This document shows positions 38,341-49,729 of a stretch of 64,000 bases of DNA, piece by piece. Origin of the DNA: Dicyema japonicum (taxonomy: Eukaryota > Animalia > Dicyemida); contig RDEW01000038.1 in NCBI GenBank assembly GCA_011109175.1, forward strand, positions 367,155-431,154, in the 5' to 3' direction. A program made the position numbers and the translations under genes. Below the pieces are notes generated by a model. It saw only the letters and a list, made by a program, of their open reading frames with translations. It had not been told where the DNA came from and searched no databases. How positions within the stretch are numbered: position 1 is the stretch's first letter; each line of letters starts with the position of its first letter.

Positions 38341-40046
38341 TCCGTGTTACACATTCTATCGTGTTACATTTTGACCTTGAAATTTGACACCAATCAACCT
38401 TGATATTAATCCTCTAAAATTAATCCACTTAACACAATTCACAGCTTGAAAAATTAAATCACCACTAGCTAAATAACTGTTGTTTTGTTAATATTATTAA
38501 TGTAATATTTAATTTTATAATTAAGTTATTATTTTATAAAAATAAATCTATTCAACCCTTAAAATTACAATAGATACTAGATCCCTATGCGGCCTTCGGC
38601 CGCTGTTCTTCTAATAAATACTATATCCCTATTCAGCCTTCGGCCGCTGCTCTTCTTCTGATAGATACTAGATCCCTGCCTTTAGCCGCTGTTCTTTTGA
38701 TAGACACTAATATAAATAAACATAAGAAATTCAATTTTATTACAAAAGTTTAACGAATTACTCTAATTAGGGATTTTAGCACTTCTTTTTCTTGTTCATT
38801 TTTAATTCTAATTTTGTTTTCCGATATTATTTCCTCAACCGTAAAGGGTCCTATTGTGACCAAATTTAAAAAACCTTCATAAAATGAATTCAATTTCATT
38901 TTTTTATATTTTGGATCGTTATTAAAGTCTTTCGCTACTAAGACCGAATCTCCAATTTCCATTGATCCATTATTTAAATTTCGTTTTCTTTTCATTCTCT
39001 GATAATACTGTTCATTGTTAATTTCAACATCTAAAATAAAAATGTTTTCTATATACCTTCTTTGATTTTATTTCACAGTCATCCTCATTATTCAAACTTG
39101 ATAGTTCTTCCTCATTATCCTTATCCATATCTAAACATTATAAAGTCACTATAGACAATTGAATCGAGGCTCGTAGACCATTTGTGATTTCCTTTTACAA
39201 ATAGTCTTTTTTGTAACCAACGCGTTAACGTTTGGTTACACCTTTCAACTTGACCCTGTGATTGAGGGTGCCTTGGGCGACTAAACTTCTGTAAAACGTT
39301 GCATTCTTGGCATAATGAAGGAACTATTTCATTTTTGAATTCTTTTCCGTTGTCTGATTGTAATATTTGAGGAGGTCCAAAATTATAAAAAATGTTTATT
39401 TTTTAAATAGAAGCAATTAGAAATGCTTCTTTCGAATTAGTAGCTCGGGCAAAGCAAAATTTTGAATAAATATCAATTACGTTAAAAATATATTTGAGAC
39501 CATGATTTTCCTCAGACCATCGACTCAAATCTACCATATCCATTTGATAGCGCTCTCTTGGAGCTTTCGCTTTAATGTTTATTAAAAAAATATGTGCTTT
39601 TAGCGACTGACTTTGTGCACACGCCATTCAGCACAAACTTTTCGGATGATAGATCTCTTAATAGTAAAAAAATAGTTGTCAGAGTATTCTTTCATTTTGT
39701 TTACTCCATAATGCGTTTTCAAATGTAAATTCAGACTTCATAGTTTCCAAATCATCTTGAGCAATTACAATTTTTTGTTCCATCATTGGTTATTAGCCTA
39801 GAGTCTTCTAGTAAGAAACATTTTGTCTTATTTAGAAATCGGGACTTCTTCATTCCAGTTAAACTTCCATCAATCTTATTGTTTTCCAAATAAGCAACAA
39901 TATTTTTGTACTCTTCAATAGTTAGTACTAAATTTTTAAGTAGCATTTTTGATAAAAACGGCAACATCTGAATATCAAGGTTGATTCGTGTCGAAAAAAT
40001 AAAATTTCAAGGTCAAAATGTAACACGATAGAATTTGTAACGCGGA
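38341..40046 (-). mobile_element. Ginger-type (Gypsy-integrase) DNA transposon with TIRs
   Basis: 45-bp TIRs at 38341-38385 and 40002-40046 (2 mismatches), extended ~20 bp after an indel. Broken integrase ORF with CAEC..C, RYQMDMVD, LQSDNGKEF, PQSQGQVER and GPF motifs; one premature TAA. Confidence 0.85.
38571..38710 (-). repeat. three tandem ~45-bp units resembling Helitron 3' ends
   Basis: Minus-strand unit TATCTATCAGAAGAACAGCGGCCGAAGGCCGCATAGGGATCTAG: a GC hairpin 8 nt before CTAG, followed by T. Confidence 0.65.
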
Positions 40047-40098
40047 TGGCGAGCCACATTAATTTTTCTAAAATTCGGGACATTGCACATAGTATTGC

Positions 40099-40290
40099 AA
40101 AGAGGATAAGAGTTATTGTCTAATTAAGTGATCCCGGAGTCTATACCAGTCATTTTCCTGCTGTTAGTTTTGGAGTCCTGGATTAATTCTCAGAACGGGG
40201 TAGGTTCTTTTCTTATCTCGGGCAGGCGTCCAGATATAGTTCGATGTCAGGCCCGAGGAGATGGTCAGGGGACTTTGCCATCTTGAGAAT
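40099..40290 (-). repeat. LINE 3' UTR copy
   Basis: Homologous to 23585-23780. Confidence 0.7.
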
Positions 40291-41609
40291 CAATAAAAAC
40301 TGTTTTTACAGTTACAAGTGTCCCACGTAATTTACACACCAGATCCCCTTGTGAGTTGATAGAAAAGTAGCCAAGATATTTTCAACAACATACTTAACCT
40401 TTTCAATGTTTTTCTGATTGAACGCGGAACCAGAGTACTTAAAATAAAAATTGATAGTATTTTATTTAATTATTCGAAACAATTTAAAAATTTTGAAAAA
40501 TTTAAAAAAATCAATAAAAGTTTGGATACTAAATGCAATCAGGTTTCCAAATTTAAAAAATTAAAACATTTTTTTCTATCCGAGTGAGCATGAAAGTGGT
40601 GATGGATTTGTGAGATATTTAAAACTGCCAAATCGATGAATCAAGCCAAATATTTTGATTACCCACAGTTGGCCAGAATTATATTTGTCAAAATAATATA
40701 GTTAATCTATTTTATTTAGGATCGGTACAAAATCCACGTTCTTCCTCGTGTAATGAAATGAGATTGTATTGTTATAAATTCCACAAGAAGCACTTGAGAT
40801 AGTATTTTTATTTTCTTATTAACCCCAAGAACAAAAAGAAGGTAGCAATAACCGTCTAATTAAGTCACTTTGGGGTTATTATTATTAAAAATCAAGAATC
40901 ACCGAAACACCCGGTTTCTCAAAGTAGTCTCGTCATCCAGGTGTTTGTCCCTTGACCTGACGCACATAGGTGTCATTCGAGCTCCCGTTCTCCTCACGAA
41001 AACACCGAATGGTGTAAATAGCCAATTAGAGAACCTTTGTAGTGTCGTAGTGACTGTAGCTTAAAGTCGTCGATCTTCTTTAGATTTGTTTGTGACTTGT
41101 TAGTACTCCATGTAGCACAGCCATGGTGATAATCAGTTTATGTATTATGAGTGAGCTGAACATCGACTGAAGCAGACTTTGTAGTTTCCATGGAAAGGTT
41201 TTTCAAAGTTTTGTTTTTGTTGAGACAGGGAGATGGTGCTGTCAACCTGTTTACTGAATGTCATGGGGGGGTCGTATATGACTTGTGGAGGGGATTAACT
41301 CTCTATTGAAGAGTTTGTTAGTCTCCTATTTGAGGTATCATTGTTAATGACTTTATAGGGCTCGTGCATAATAGGTTCCTCATAAGCCAACTGCTCAGAT
41401 GGTCTAATAAATCTTGTAAGCGATCAACCGCAGTATAAACACACCGGTCTCTTGATGATTACATCATCAACATATGCGAGAATCAGCGTATCATCGTTGA
41501 TACGAACCCCAAGGACTGAGTATATCTTCAGTTTTTTTCTGTTCAGGACTGTCTGTCAAAGCCCTTTAGTTTATTTCTCTTTCGTATGAAAGCCCATGTT
41601 TCTGTGTTA

Positions 41610-41952
41610 GGATTATTTATTGCCCAGAATCACAGTTAAAGATAGTCCTCGACTAACTCCCAGTTCCCGCAATCAATGAGAAGAATCATTTCCAAGCATC
41701 ACGACCATTCATATCCTCCATTTTTAGAACCTCTTCAGTGGAGTAGGGAAGAGCGGGATCATTTTACAGACTGGCCAGACATTAGGTGACACCTTTGTAA
41801 AATAGATCACATGACACCTCTTAGGAATTGAAGAAGGCTAGACAAGAAGGGAATCCTTCAATTGTGTATGTATCTGTGAAGGAATCGAACCCGCAGCAAA
41901 TCACGATACTGTTTTCTGTTTGGATGAAAGGCGAGTACACCAGAGTCGATTG
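41610..41952 (-). mobile_element. tRNA-derived SINE, family B
   Basis: B box GGGTTCGATTCC (41881-41892) and degenerate A box; body alignable with 53397-53662. Confidence 0.6.
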
Positions 41953-42063
41953 AAGGGAAATCTTCAAAGATAAAATATGATTTTTTTTAAATTGTTTTTA
42001 TTTAATTTTTTTTCATTTAGGTCAATCAATTTAAAAACGTTAATTCTGAGTGAAACATCAAAA

Positions 42064-43394
42064 ATGAAAATTATTGCAATTCTTTGTTTCGGTCTCTTAG
42101 GCCTTTGTCTAGACAATGGACTCGCTCTCGTGCCTCCGAAGGGTTGGCTAAGTTGGCAATACATAAGATGTAATACAAACTGCACAGACAATCCCGACGG
42201 ATGCTTAAAGTATATGCTGTATATTTAGTTAAGCGAAAACCTGATAAAAAGAACAGCCGATTATATGGTCAGGACAGGATTGAGAGACTCGGGGTACGAA
42301 TATATCGTTATTGATGACTGCTGGATGAGCAAAACTCGGGACGCCAAGGGAATATTAGTACCCGATCCCGAACGATTCCCCAGCGGAATCAAAACCCTGA
42401 CAGACTACGTACTTGTGTTAAAAAATTCAGGTCCATAAAAAAGGACTCAAATTCGGTATCTACGCTGACATGGGATTGAAGACCTGCCAACAATATCCCG
42501 GATCTCTTTTATACCTACAAATAGACGCATCCACCTTTGCCAACTGGGGAGTGGATTACCTTAAAATGGACGGATGTTATGGAGGAACTAAACTATACGA
42601 TGTCGGTAGTGCCTTTTCATTACTGAAGGGTACCCCCTGATGAGTTTCTATCTCAACCAAACTGGAAGACCCATTCTGTTCTCCTGTAGTTGGCCAGACT
42701 ATGAGGGGAATGTAAGACTTGGTTTATATGTTAGCCAAATTACGTCAACGTGGCCAAATACTGCAATATTTGGAGGAATGCTGCGGACATTCAGGATTCA
42801 TGGACATCGTTGGTCGGCATAATTGAGGACTATGGGGAGAATAAGGGGGATTTCTTGAAAATGTCAGGACCGGGGCATTTCAATGACCCTGATATGGTAA
42901 ATAACTATTACTAACATTCATAGCTTCTCGTGGGAGCCTTTGGTCTCAGTTACGAAGCCCAGAGGACTCAGATGATTATGTGGGCCATGCTGGCGGCTCC
43001 CTTGATGATTTCCAATGATGTGGCTCTTCTGGACCCTAAATTGGTGGCTCTACTTAGGAACAGATACATCCTAAACTTGAATAATGACCCACTAGGCAAA
43101 TCAGCTGTTCTCTATGAGAAAGTACGAGTTTATGGTAATTGACAGAAAGGCACAACACGTGTCTGGTTCAGAGAATTGAGCAATGGAAGATTTGCTTTTT
43201 CCTTTTTAAGTTTTTCCACAGCTGCAAACTATTATCACTACACAACAAGACTAACCACCCCCAATAATGTTCGCTACGTTGTCCATGAATTAACCACCAA
43301 CATAAAATTCGCGGAAATTAATAACGGAGATTACTTCACAGCGACTCTCGCTCCATACGGCACGTGTGCCATAGTGTTAGTGCCGATAGAATAG
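42064..43394 (+). CDS. NAGA: GH27 alpha-N-acetylgalactosaminidase (alpha-galactosidase family), 395 aa, six micro-introns
   Basis: Signal peptide; [25 protein letters not shown] (nucleophile), FSCSWP, WRNAAD (acid/base) and FNDPDML. Introns 42210-42233, 42409-42430, 42606-42628, 42712-42734, 42897-42923 and 43122-43145 give an intact 1188-nt frame. Confidence 0.92.
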
Positions 43395-44339
43395 ACGGTC
43401 CCCTTTCTCGTGTTTTTACTTTCGCTTTACTAACAATTCTTTTTGGGCGGTTTAATTTGAGTGAAATAATTCCCAAGTAATTATAGGTGTGGCCCACCAC
43501 AATTAGCTCTTTGCTAGCCATATTTAAGGGGTGGTGAGGAGATACTGAGGGAGGGGAGGAACGTTAATGAGTTATAATCTCCCCTTCTGAATCAATCACT
43601 TCTCTTCACATGTCTAACTTATTTATTTAAATACCAAGAATCACAGTTAAATTAAGAAAAAACACATCACTCAGTGTTCCTCTCGAGATCTAACACACTT
43701 CATGTACTGGCAATCGTTCATGTGAAATGAACTGTGGACCCGTTTTCCTCACTAAGGTCTCTAAGGGATAGGGTCTACCATCCCAAGACCGGATACACTC
43801 ATTGATCTCTTAGGTTTGTCTATAAGGCCTCTTGAAGTAGTTTCTTTAATTAGTTTGATCGATCAAGTGTCTTCATGTGCTAGAGTTGGTCTTACATAAA
43901 AGTTGATTCTTGAACAAAATCGCGTGCTTTATGTTTAAATCTCCGCATGATAGAAATTTTGGAGTTCTATCAGGGAAAACTTGTAGTATTTAGCCAAGAG
44001 CAGGAAAAAGCATGTAAATGTTCATAATTGCCACTACTTAGAGTGGGAGTCAGTATGTTGTCATATTTGGTCTTCATGCTGTATGGCAGAGGTCCTCAAC
44101 CGGTGGGTCACAGATAGATGTCGGTCCGTAGACCAATTGATGTTGGGAAAGAAATATAGTTTAAAATATAGTTCGTATGTATATGCACAGTTTTTAAAGT
44201 TTTATTATTTCAGTTTATCATAGTCATTCGTTGGTCGTAAGCTAAGTTTAGTGTGTTTGTGTGTCTTGTGATTGTTGGCACGAAATAGCATCATATTCTT
44301 TTTTATATTTAGCAATTTCAATTTAAATTTTTCATCAAA

Positions 44340-45968
44340 AGACCCTCCCCAGAGAGAAAAGTCGTAGTCTACATAAAACCAGACACTCTGATAAAATATT
44401 ACACATCTATATCCTACAGGAAGTTTTCAAAAGAACACCAAGTATTCCTGAAAAAGATTGAACCGAAACGCTCCGATGACTGGATCCTATTTATTAGTCA
44501 GATGTTCGCAGAGCCATATCTAAGGCCAACAACTCAGAGGCCAAAGGACCAGACAACATAACCACATGTGAACTGAAGCACCTAGGCCATCGAGCTCTGG
44601 AACTATTAGCCTATATCATCAACCTATCCATTAACACAAATACAATCCCTGAAATATGGAAGAAGTCTCTAATCAGACCTATCCGAAAACCCAACAAACC
44701 AATAGATGAACCATCTTCCTATCGCCCAATATCCATTCTAAGTCCGGTCTCAAGAATCCTTGAAAGGCTTGTTTTGGAAAAAATACAAGACTCAATCCCA
44801 ATACCTCCGACCCAGCACGGATTCCGGGACAACCATTCGACAACAACACACCTTACAACCCTCACACAATTCATTGCGGAAGGATTTAACTTTCCCAAAC
44901 CACATCAGAAGACAGTACTTATATCCGTGGACATCACAAAAGCGTTTGACTCAGTCCCAGGAAACTCCTAACAAAAAAAATATACGAAACCAACATCCAT
45001 CTGAACCTGAAACTTTGGCTTGGAAACTTCTTAAATGGAAGACGAGCACAAGTACTCTGCAACAACATCAAATCAAGATCTCGCTATTTCCCAAATGGAG
45101 TCCCTCAAGGCTCCCACTATCACCCCAACTCTTCAATCTCTACATAAACGACATGCCACAAACCTGTAATGAAAACTGTCTAACCCTCTCCTATGCCGAC
45201 GATATCATTCTTGCTCCAAGAACAGAAGCATTCAATCAGCGACTCAGTTGGCTCAACAAATGCTCGACAACTTGGAACTATGGCTCTCGAAGCGGAGACT
45301 TGACACATCAGCAGCAAAGTCCTTTGTCACACTGTTTACCACCTACAAGAGACAGCTCTGTATCGAACCAAAAGTCTTTATGAAGAACGAAGCTATCTCT
45401 ATTAACAAAACACGAAGATTCTGGGAGTAACCTTTGATCAGGGACTCACCTTTATCCGGCATGTTGAAAACAGAGTAACTTCTGCTGTGAAAAAATGAGA
45501 ATTTTAAAAGTGCTCTCAAAAACACTTAGAGATCAAACTGGGATCCTTGCCACGATTTACAAACAATTTATCCGACCAACGATGACGTATGCAAGTCCTT
45601 CATGGGCAATACAAATGTCACGATCTTCCACATTGAAATTTTCTGCAATCGAGGAGACAGCAATAAGGTTAATTGGACCAGATCACAATATCCAACCTAT
45701 TGAAAACTTTTTAATTGAACTACAACGGAAACTATTAAAGGAGGCTGTTCTACCAAGCTGCCCTCTATTCCAAATACTATCGAATTATCTACAATCATAC
45801 AGAAATTTGAGCCGATGCCATGTCCAATGAGAAGAGCTGTTTAGGATTCTCGACCTCGCCGGACTCGTCCTCACCTTTGTCGGTCTGGGATCACTTAGTT
45901 AGATGATAACTTTTATTTCTTTCTCTTTGACCCAGTGATCCTGGGGGTAATAATAATAATAATAATAA
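44340..45968 (+). mobile_element. 5'-truncated Ingi/Vingi-like LINE with (AAT)7 tail
   Basis: YRPISIL, QHGFRDNHST, GFNFPKPHQKTV..DITKAFD, GVPQG and YADD; frameshifted; homologous to 57430-58240 and 49410-49555. Confidence 0.85.
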
Positions 45969-46910
45969 CCATCCTCACCTGCCTGTTTACCAGCCTCCTC
46001 AGCCAGGTTCGATTCTGGTTGCTGAAACAACTTCGAGAGCGCCTTGTCCAATTGAACCTTCTGCCCATATGGCATCTCCGGGCTCTGCCTCCTATACTCC
46101 AGTGTCAAGCTCTCTAGGGTCCGCTTTAATACAGTGGACTGTAGATAGGCCTGGAGCTTCCTCTCTACCCCCAACTGCTTCAGATAACCCTTGTTGTACT
46201 TTGTTGCAATTCCTTCCCACATCATTACTATTGGAATAACGAGGACTTGCACCAAACATCTGCTCCATCTCGTTTGCAAGCAAGTCATACTTCCTTTTTT
46301 TCTCCACCTCCACAGTCTGCAAACAGTCTTGAGACGTGATGCCAACCTCTATGATAAGGACTTGGCCAGACTCCTTATCATGTACCACAATGTCCGGTTA
46401 ATTGTGCTTGACTAGCATCGAGGTACGGATAACACTGTCTACCTTAATTTGGACCCTGGTGTTCTCTACTACAGATTGCACCTTATGAATCCGCAACTTT
46501 CTGGTGTGGCGAATACTATACTTGCATAGTAGAAGATGAAGACTCCTTACTACCTCGTTGTGCCTCCACACATAGTCTGGCAGAGCATGGATCCACATCG
46601 AGTGGCTAAATGATCAAACCAACATGCTCCTTGACTTACAGTGGGGACATGTATTTGTTGATCGACCCCAAAAAATATTGTGGTCTTGCGTATACGTGTA
46701 CAGCGCCTTCGATCGAGGTGAGTTGTCACCGTATTTTAGCCATATTGTCGACGACTTAAGGTCGACATGTGGGTTGTCCAATGCTCTGAAGAGGACTTTA
46801 TGAAGTCTTTTTAAGTTGATCTTTTCCATCAAATTATTATATTGTAATTCGATCAACGCCTTCACATTTACTAGCCCACCATCATCAACACCATACTTAG
46901 CAGACAAAAA
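45969..46910 (-). mobile_element. 5'-truncated R4/Dong-like RLE retrotransposon
   Basis: CPHC..DHLATRC zinc knuckle, RHNEV, NKPDIVVHD, IIEVGIT and KKRKY; runs into a (TTA)7 tract. Confidence 0.8.
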
Positions 46911-47059
46911 AGGTCTGATAGTGCCTAGGTGGGTTGCCCGTGATTTCTCGGTCGTATATATAGATTAACTTTTTTTTTATATTTAGTTATATTAACTTTT
47001 TTTCAAAATATTTTATCTATATTTTTTTATTTTTAACAATAAAATATTATTTATCAACT

Positions 47060-48395
47060 AGGATAACACAAGACTTGTCCGTTTCCTATTATCGAACACA
47101 ATTAACTGTACGAGTTGGGAACACAACATCGAAGCCTTTCGGGACAACAGTTGGAATACCTCAGGGAGACTCTCTATCTCCGGTTCTATTCGTCGTATAC
47201 CTGGAAGCGGCATTGAGAGCTCTTAGAACAAAATGTGAAGGATGCATGCCGATGGAGATTATATATGCAGATGACATAGATTTTGTGTCAGAAAATGATC
47301 TGGAACTTGGACTTGCTTTAGAGAAAATCCCTGGAGAATTTAAGAATTGGTCTCTGCGAGTTAATCAGGAAAAGACTGAACACATAAGAATCACAAGGGA
47401 ATTAAAATATATTGATGAAATTGGAGGAAAAAAAGGAAATTGGGATCCTTACTTGGTGATAGTGAGGACATGATGTATAGAAGAGTTCTAGCCACTGCCA
47501 TGTATAAGAAAATGCAGAAGATATGGAGTCGACGAAAACTAATAAAAACAAATCTAAGAATAAGACTATACAACGCATATATAAAACCGGTGCTTGTGTA
47601 CAACTCGGGTACATGGGGGGTCACAGAGCTAGAGCTCAAGAAAATGGATATATTTCATCGCAAGCAATTTAATGGGCCTAGGTTAGCCCAAGAAGATTTC
47701 AAATAAAAAATTATACTCTGTGGCACAATCGAGGCCAATAAGAATCGACATTATTGAATCAAGGGTGGCTTAGTGGTTAGGTGTCGGGCTTAAGTGGCTT
47801 AGGCTACGGGTTCGAATCTCGCTGCTGTTCACCTGGTGGAAGGTTCCACGCATCTACGATGCAGAAATGGTTTGACGAGTGACGCCGTCATCAGTGAATA
47901 CTCACTGCGGAACTGGATTTGTCTAGAAAGGACACTCACACAAGAAAAAGAAAAAAAAAGAAGTGAAGATCATTCCTTGGTTCTACGATTAGTTAAAATT
48001 AACTGTTCTTTACTTAAATAAAGTGTGTGTCCTGCCTATGCGGAGCTATAAAATACTATGGCTCTCGTGAAAAGGCTTTATTATTATTATTATTATTGAA
48101 TCAAGGTGGAGACTGTTCGGTCACGTGCTCAGAATGGACATAAACGCCCCTGCAAATATAATAATGGACAATTACTTCAACAATGAGAACAAACCATCAT
48201 TCAGAGAAAGACCCAGAGTCACTTTACCCGTGGCTCTGAACAAAGATCTTAATGGGATTAGAAGAAATCTTAAATCTGCAGAAGACCTAGAAGATCTAAG
48301 GACAGATGCGCAAAGCAGATTGCGGAACGTGTGGCACAAACGGGACCTTAGTTAATATAACGTTCTTTGGTTTTGTGAAAGTGCTTTTTAATAAT
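47060..48395 (+). mobile_element. 5'-truncated RTE interrupted by a SINE
   Basis: GIPQGDSLSPVLF, YADDI, RLYNAYIKPVL and RLFGHVLRM; 3' end GAAAGTGCTTTTTAATAAT. Confidence 0.85.
47765..48091 (+). mobile_element. tRNA-derived SINE, family A, with 15-bp TSD
   Basis: A box GTGGCTTAGTGG, B box GGTTCGAATC, (TTA)n tail; TSD ATTATTGAATCAAGG at 47750-47764 and 48092-48106. Confidence 0.85.
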
Positions 48396-48409
48396 AGTAT
48401 TAATTATGG

Positions 48410-48855
48410 GGAAGAGCGGCTGCTGACATTACGGAGTTAGCGTTTCCGCGGAAAACTGCAATCCCAATTCGTTGCCTCAGGCAGACCGCTTCACGTACGT
48501 CTTTCTTACGGTGGGCCAATTTCCCCCGATTTCCGTCAGGAAAAAGGTTGTGATACTTCCCGAGGAACCAGACGTCTCGATTGCCACCGGTACAAAACGA
48601 AAGCAGTCTCCAATTTCGCCATATTTTTTAATCTTGATTTTCTTGGCTGCCGATCCAGCAGACTGCGCCGAACTGAGTATCATCGAGTTCGAGAAAGAAT
48701 CCACAACAGTGCAGTCCCATACGAGCGATTTTCCCTCAATGAAATGATAGTTAACGCATCCGGTCTTTTCCCGTCTCCGCGGTCCAATCCCACGGGTTCA
48801 GTACTGCCGGGAAGCCTGCAGCTTCAAAAGCACGCCAAATAATGGACAATTGTTT
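48410..48855 (-). mobile_element. CRE RLE-domain 3' fragment
   Basis: EPVGLDRGDGKRPD, FVPVAIETSG and terminal AVFRGN motifs. Confidence 0.75.
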
Positions 48856-49729
48856 AATAGGTTCGCCATATTGTAAAACAATTTTTAAAAATAAATAAAA
48901 ATTAAATTAATCTTAATAAATAAAAATTTGTATTAAACAATCAACATGTCCCACTAGTCTTTAGCAAACTTGAACAGCTTGGTAAAATCTAAACCAAAGT
49001 GTCCTATTGCTCAAATGGGTCAGGAAATATGTCCAAAATTTGGAAATATCATACTACAGAGATGCTATAGAAGAGTTATATCGCCAAATTTGTCGAGTGA
49101 GGTTAATCCCTCCCATTGGTTGGAAACCCATGGAGAAGTTAGAGGTTTTAATTGCTATTCTTAGAAAGGAGGTTTTAATTGCTATTAACTAATGTCATTT
49201 CCACCAACAAATATAAGCAACATCACGGATATTGCTTATGGTGGACAGCGGGTTCTCTCACAACGTGCCGAAAGGACAGCGATTGGATCCACCATATGGA
49301 AGCAAACCCTATAAAACTAAAGAATAATCGTGAACAAATAATAGAGCTACTGGAATGAGAGGAAACCAATGATATGATGATGAAACAAGGGACATGTTTT
49401 GACAATACTATTATTATTACCCTCAGGATCACTGGGTCAAAGAAAAGAAATAAAAAGTTCTCATCTAACTAAGTGATCCAAGACCTACAAAGGAGAGGAC
49501 GAGTTCGGCAGGGTCGAGAATCTTGAACAGCTCTTCTCATTGGACATGGCTCAAAATTTCTGTATGATTGTAGATATTTCGATAGTGTGTGGAATAGAGG
49601 GCAGCTCGGTAAACTATTTTTTAAAATAATCAGTCAATTACAAATTTTTCTTATTTCTTAAATCTTTTTCAAATTGAAAAAATCTAATATTTTTGTAATG
49701 TCTCAAAAGATGTATTTTGAGCTACATTT

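Noticed and set aside
1615-43394. Stop-codon reassignment suggested by in-frame TAA/TGA
   Set aside because: TAA, TAG and TGA each terminate well-supported genes, and the internal stops mostly fall in micro-introns or decayed TEs.
44087-44110. hAT-like terminus CAGAGGTCCTCAACC
   Set aside because: No partner TIR, TSD or transposase found nearby.
47765-47835. Functional tRNA gene
   Set aside because: Acceptor and anticodon stems pair poorly; it is followed by a body, tail and TSD, so it is a SINE head.
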